Part shown: positions 31,801 through 36,624 of the stretch, piece by piece
How the letters are laid out: the number at the start of each line of letters is the position of its first letter
Position numbering within the stretch: the stretch's first letter is position 1
Origin: Folioceros fuciformis
Taxonomy: Eukaryota
DNA length: 36,624 nt
Assembly (NCBI GenBank): GCA_049999805.1
Contig: JBNGIO010006418.1
Location: forward strand, 31,276 to 67,899
Direction: 5' to 3'
Position numbers and translations under genes: made by a program
The notes under the pieces: generated by a model
Told to the model about the DNA's origin: nothing
Database searches by the model: none
What the model saw: the letters and a program-made list of their open reading frames with translations, nothing else

Positions 31801-34800
31801 GCTCTTGGATGGGGAAGGGAACGGTATAAAGGTATTTGGACACCTATTCCAAGTATCAACCACGTTGCTGTCATGGGTGTACTACTTAAAGACATTTCAA
31901 GGAAAGGAAAGGTTGCACAGACAAGGCTCTTATCACAGGGAATGGTAGTTCTTGATGCTTAGTGATTCGCAAACACTGTTGCTTCTTGCAGTTGTTACTC
32001 TTGATGGAGTGCTCCTTTCGAAGTCTGGTCTTATGACTGGAGGAGTAACTGGAAACATGGAGGCCAAATCACAGAAGTGGGATTCTCGACATATAGAAGG
32101 TAAGGAGGGTCTGGTTTGGTTGATCGACTTTGCTTAGTCTTTCTTCCAATTGCTACTCTGCTAGTCTGCATTGACGCTGGATGGTAATATCAGGGCTAAA
32201 GAAGAACAAAGAGCGCCTTGAATCAGAAATGGCTGAAATAGGCTCAGCACGAGAAATGCAGACAAAGGAGGCAGAAGTTGAAGGAAGAATTATTGGACTG
32301 GAACGGAAACTACAAGTTGTGGAAATAGAGAAGGTATAGCCCTGTGGTTATGCTGTGTTTTGAGTGGTTATGCCTTCCCAGTCCACACCAGCCCCAAGGC
32401 TGCTGAATGTAGAACAACAGGTTGAGGAATTGGGTACTTGTTAATTCTTGAATGGTCAAAGCAGAAAAGTATCGATGGGAAGATGGCAAAGGTTTCACAA
32501 GAAAGAGAAACCATTAAGTTGGAGATATGTCGCCTTCAACCTGAGTGTACAAAGGTAGGTGAAATTATTCTATGCTCCATAGCATAATGCCAACGCAAGC
32601 AATTCGTGACTGGTCACTATTTGTCCTGCTTGTGCAGCTGCAAAGCATTATCGCAGCCCGGGGTGCAGAAATCACAAAGATTGAGCACCAAATAAATGAA
32701 ATCATTGACAGAATTTACAAGAATTTCAGTGAGTCAGTGGGAGTTGCAAATATACGAGAGTATGAAGAGAATCAGTTACGCCGCCATGAAGAGCTGTCGG
32801 AAAGGAAGATGAGCCTGAACAACCAAATTGCTAAGCTCAAGAATCAGTAATGTTTCCTGGAACCCTGTCTCAGCATTTGTTGTGTTTCACATGTATTACT
32901 GTCAATTCAAGCATGTTAGTAGGTGATTGGCATTGTGTTCCAGATTACAGCCACGCTTGTTGCTAGGTACGGATCCGAGCTTCTTGGGGCTTGTTTGTCA
33001 GCGAGTGACCAGGGACAGTTGTTTAACTCCCATTTCTGTTCTTTTGACTTTCTTGCAGACTGGAATATGAGCAAAGGCGAGACATGGAGGCACCAGTAAG
33101 AAAGTTAACTGAATTTATTGGCTTGATGAAAGACGAGCTTTGTCGTCTTCAGGCCAAAGAGTCTGAATTAAAAGGGTCTGTGGAAGTGGCTGGCCAACAA
33201 TTGGATGAGTTGAAGGAAGAGTATGATGGTACGCACCTATCTTTCATACAGATGTATTCACTCCAGAGGAACAAGCAGGTTGACCTCGATGTTGTGGTTC
33301 AGGTTTGAGACGACGAGCAGATGAGATAGAGGACGTGATTCAGGAACTCAAGAAACAAGCAAGCAATGAAACCGCTGAAGTTGGCAAGACGAAGCGGCAG
33401 ATAGCTGCAAAGGTGAGGATAAGACTCTCTAGTACTCCTTGTGAATTTCTGCTCACTTAGTGTGCTCTTGTAGCAGTCTCATCCTGGACAAAGGAAGGAT
33501 TTTCTGAAAGCTTCTAGGAGTTGAGCCGCTTGTGAGGTTGTAGAAAATGCCATCCTCCTTTGCTCAGTATGTCTGGCTGCATATAATCAGGAAACCCAAA
33601 TTGAACTTCTGAGCTCTAAACGACAAGAAGTCCTGGAAAATTGTGAGCTGGATCAAATTAAACTTCCAGTGACGGAGGACTCTATGGATGTTGACTCTGC
33701 TGGGTCTTCCTCTCAACATATGAACTTCGATTACAGCAAGTTGAGCAGGGCACATCACCAGGTCTGTGCTCGATCTTCCCAATCACGCGTGGCTTCACTG
33801 CAGTGTGGATGATGCACTTAAGCAGCTTCGATTCGGTTGTACAGGATCTGAGACCCAATGATCGGGAGAGACTGGAGGCAGATTTCAAGTTCAGATTGGA
33901 GTCGATATCTTCAGAAATGGAAAGAACAGCACCGAACCTCAAGGCACTTGATCAATATGAAATTCTCCGAGAGAAAGAAAGGGAAGCTATTGAAGAGTTT
34001 GAGGCTGCCAGAAAAGATGCAAAGGAGATGTCGGATAAGTATAATGCAGTTAAACAAGAAAGGTGTGCTGCAACACTGCCGGTGCTAAACTTGGATGTCG
34101 ACTTCTCATCCTGGTCCTAATTTTGGCTTTGCTTGCAGGTATGAGAAATTCATGGCAGCCTTTAATCATATTTCAACCAATATCAACAAAATCTACAAGC
34201 AGCTTACGCAGAGTGCCATGCAAACCCTTGGCGGCACGGCGTATTTAAGCCTGGAGAATGACGACGAACCTTTCCTGCACGGAATGAAGTACACTGTGAT
34301 GCCGCCTTCAAAGCGATTCAGGGACATGGAACAATTGTCTGGTGGAGAAAAGACCGTTGCTGCTCTAGCTCTGCTTTTTGCCATCCACAGGTTGAGTAAT
34401 TTCGTGTTGCTATCTTTTGTTCTTGATCTGCGTGCCAATAGGTGCAAGGACCTGCAGCTCAAGGCAGAACGCTTCCTGTGCGCAGTTTCCGGCCATCCCC
34501 ATTCTTCGTGCTGGATGAGGTGGACGCAGCCTTGGACAACCTTAATGTTGCCAAAGTTGCCGCCTTCATCAGATCCAGGTCTCGTGAGGACGTTAAAGGT
34601 CAAGACAAATCGGGAAGAAGTGTTGGTTTTCAAAGTGTTGTGATCTCGCTGAAGGACACCTTCTACGATAAGGCAGATGCCTTGGTCGGGGTGTATCGGG
34701 ACTCAGACAGGAGGTAAGAAACCCGTGTTTGTGGCCCTGTGGTGCAGAAGGTCTTAGGTTCTAATGTTGATTCTGTTGCGGCAGCTGTTCACGGACTCTC

Positions 34801-34830
34801 ACATTTGATCTGACCAAGTACACGGGGTAA
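28839..34830 (+). CDS. SMC1: Structural maintenance of chromosomes protein 1 (cohesin subunit)
   Basis: ENFKSYKG, Walker [11 protein letters not shown]-loop FLVFQGDVE, hinge [20 protein letters not shown], signature LSGGEKT, Walker [13 protein letters not shown] and the SMC1-type VISLK. 19 exons: 28839-29285, 29523-29759, 29858-30091, 30290-30624, 30732-30998, 31120-31390, 31491-31615, 31722-31831, 31992-32099, 32194-32333, 32465-32554, 32638-32846, 33059-33228, 33303-33412, 33591-33761, 33845-34062, 34139-34390, 34486-34713, 34785-34830. Confidence 0.98.
30328..30427. other. Assembly gap (100 N) within SMC1 exon 4
   Basis: Run of 100 N. Confidence 1.
31616..31721 (+). other. U12-type (minor spliceosome) AT-AC intron in SMC1
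   Basis: 5' ATATCCTT, branch-like GCCTTAAT at 31706-31713 and 3' AC. Splicing restores [12 protein letters not shown]. Confidence 0.92.
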
Positions 34831-35631
34831 CGGAAAGGAAATCGGATGCATTCTCCCAGAATGTCTTCCAAGCCTCCTGCTAGACTTTGAGTCAAGGTAG
34901 CAACAGACTAGCGCTAGTGCGTTTTGCATTGGTGCTATGTACTAAAATCTTTAGCCGGCCGTCCCAGCAACGTCGTAAGCAATCAACTTGTACATACTAC
35001 ATGTGCGCATCTCCTGAGGTAGGGCTGGAATTGCTGCGAACCGGTGTGTCTGCTTACTTTCGCCGACGAGTAGGGGACTGGGGAACGAAGTGGCGTACGT
35101 CCTGAACTAATTCATTACTGTCCCCTATTCAGATGTGCCTGGCTGAACTTGTTAGCCGAAACTGGGGACTTGGCAAAGCTACGCGTGTTCTGTGTGGAGA
35201 AGATCCAGCTTCTGGTTTTGATGTCACTGCTTGTAGCAACGCCATTTCGCAGCGTTGTTGGTGAACAAAGCCCGTGCCAGCGAATGCTCTGCAGCTGTCA
35301 CTACATGATACTCTGAGACCTGTGCCGAAATCCACCGTAGTCAAGAGCGACAATGCTGATAAGTAAAGCCTCGTCATCGAATTCTCCGCGGCTGCTGCCT
35401 CATGATTACACGATTATCCCAACAGGGTTGGTTCAGCAAGGTAACGTCGAAATATTTACTATGTAAAGATAAGTAAATATTTTCATGCATTTTTAATTCA
35501 GACAATCACCCCTGGCTAGTACAATTGCACGTCTTCCTGTTAGATTACATTCACCAGACACGCCTTGTCATAGTTAGGCTCAGCTCAAGTTACTAAACTT
35601 CAGGCGCTCATCTGAGCATCTTTGGGTTGAC

Positions 35632-35772
35632 GTCCTCGACCTTCAAATAGGTGGTCTGGAAGCTACCGTGCAATCAGTGCTTCAAGGTCGGTCCTCGACC
35701 TTCCAGGCTATGGGTGGGCTGGAAGCTGTCATGTGGCGAATGCTTCAGGGTCCATGTCCTTAACCTTCCACA
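35632..35772. repeat. Degenerate ~60-65-bp tandem repeat (gtcctcgaccttc...ggtgg.ctggaagct...tgcttca.ggtc) x2.3
   Basis: Repeated blocks start at 35632, ~35691 and ~35756. Confidence 0.75.
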
Positions 35773-35987
35773 TGGTCATACGCACCTTCTCAGCCTTCCT
35801 TAGATTTCGAGACAGGTTTCAGGTGACCATGAAAACATGCGCCCTGCATACTATTGTCACCTCTCTCCATCCAGAATTCCAGTGCGAACGGGTCCGCTGA
35901 AATCGCACCCTAACGTAAAAGAAAAGGAAGGCATAATGTCAAGATTATATCAAACGGCCATTGCCGAATATTGAACCTGGGTCACCC

Positions 35988-36150
35988 ACGTGATAGGCGG
36001 GAGAACTTATTAACAATAACAACTTTATTTACAACAACAACTTTATTTATGTCTACTAAGGATGAAAGACGTGATAGGCGGGAGAACTTATTAACAACAA
36101 CAACTTTATTTATGTCTACTAAGGATGAAAGAACCATCATGGGATATTAT
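35988..36150 (-). repeat. Stacked short LINE 3' ends (AATAAA(GTT)n) with a 24-bp duplicated flank
   Basis: acgtgataggcgggagaacttatt occurs at 35988 and 36069. Tail units at 36012-36030, 36031-36068 and 36093-36146. Confidence 0.85.
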
Positions 36151-36624
36151 CAACAACAACAACAACTTTATTTATGTCTACTAAGGATGGAAGAACCATC
36201 ATGGGATAGAGAAAGTATAGCGTAAAAGAGGTTTAAAAATTGAGTACACTTACGTACATCTGAACTAGAGAAAACGAGAAGCAGTACTTGTATGAGGGAA
36301 ACAGAAAAGAAGGCGAAGACTACAAGGAGTCCAATAAGGACTGCCAAAGATCAAGAAGCTCAGAGAGATACGGTCTAGAGAGCTTAGGAATGTGGAAAGA
36401 AAAAAATCTGCGCAGCGAGAAGCTGGCACACTCAAAAAGAATAGAGTAACGAGACCGAATATCGGCACAAGGAGGACAATAGAAGAGGAAGTATGATTCA
36501 GATTCAGGATCCAAGGAGCAAAGCTTGCAGATCCTATCATCTTGGAGAGGGGGAGGCTTGAGCCAACGATCGGTCTCAATCCGAAGGTGGTGGGAGCCAA
36601 CACGAAATCGACGTATGAGTGTAC
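36151..36624 (-). mobile_element. 3' end of an RTE/RTEX-type non-LTR retrotransposon (continues beyond the window)
   Basis: Minus frame RRFRVGSHHLRIETDRW...DRICKLC...ESESYFLFYCP..ADIRSRY (LINE ORF2 C-terminal zinc knuckle, His replaced by Tyr), stop at 36320, and a 3' UTR ending AATAAA-GTTGTTGTTGTTG. Confidence 0.88.

Noticed and set aside
35971-36603. ORF-track ORFs 35971-36225 (+) and 36265-36603 (-)
   Set aside because: Products of the tail repeats and of an off-frame reading of the LINE; the real LINE frame ends at 36320.

Overview
Compact, intron-rich land-plant nuclear DNA with introns of roughly 70-240 bp. A non-seed plant such as a hornwort or lycophyte is plausible, but this is inference only. 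The conserved core contains NAP1/NCKAP1 (SCAR/WAVE complex, minus strand, 23 exons), two tail-to-tail type-II pectin methylesterases whose stop codons are only 19 bp apart, and cohesin SMC1 (plus strand, 19 exons, with one AT-AC U12 intron and a 100-N gap). The left ~11 kb is an accessory F-box region. It holds a long F-box ORF missed by the ORF track (it runs off the left edge), which carries a possible CACTA TnpA-like domain and lies inward of a CACTACAAG terminus. It also holds two colinear decayed F-box copies, an inverted remnant, a promoter-like module in three copies and a 29-bp minisatellite. Also present are a putative small secreted-protein gene, an intronless acidic-repeat membrane-protein orphan with AIM/FFAT-like motifs, and the 3' end of an RTE/RTEX LINE with stacked AATAAA(GTT)n tails. 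All calls were made by eye; no database searches were run.
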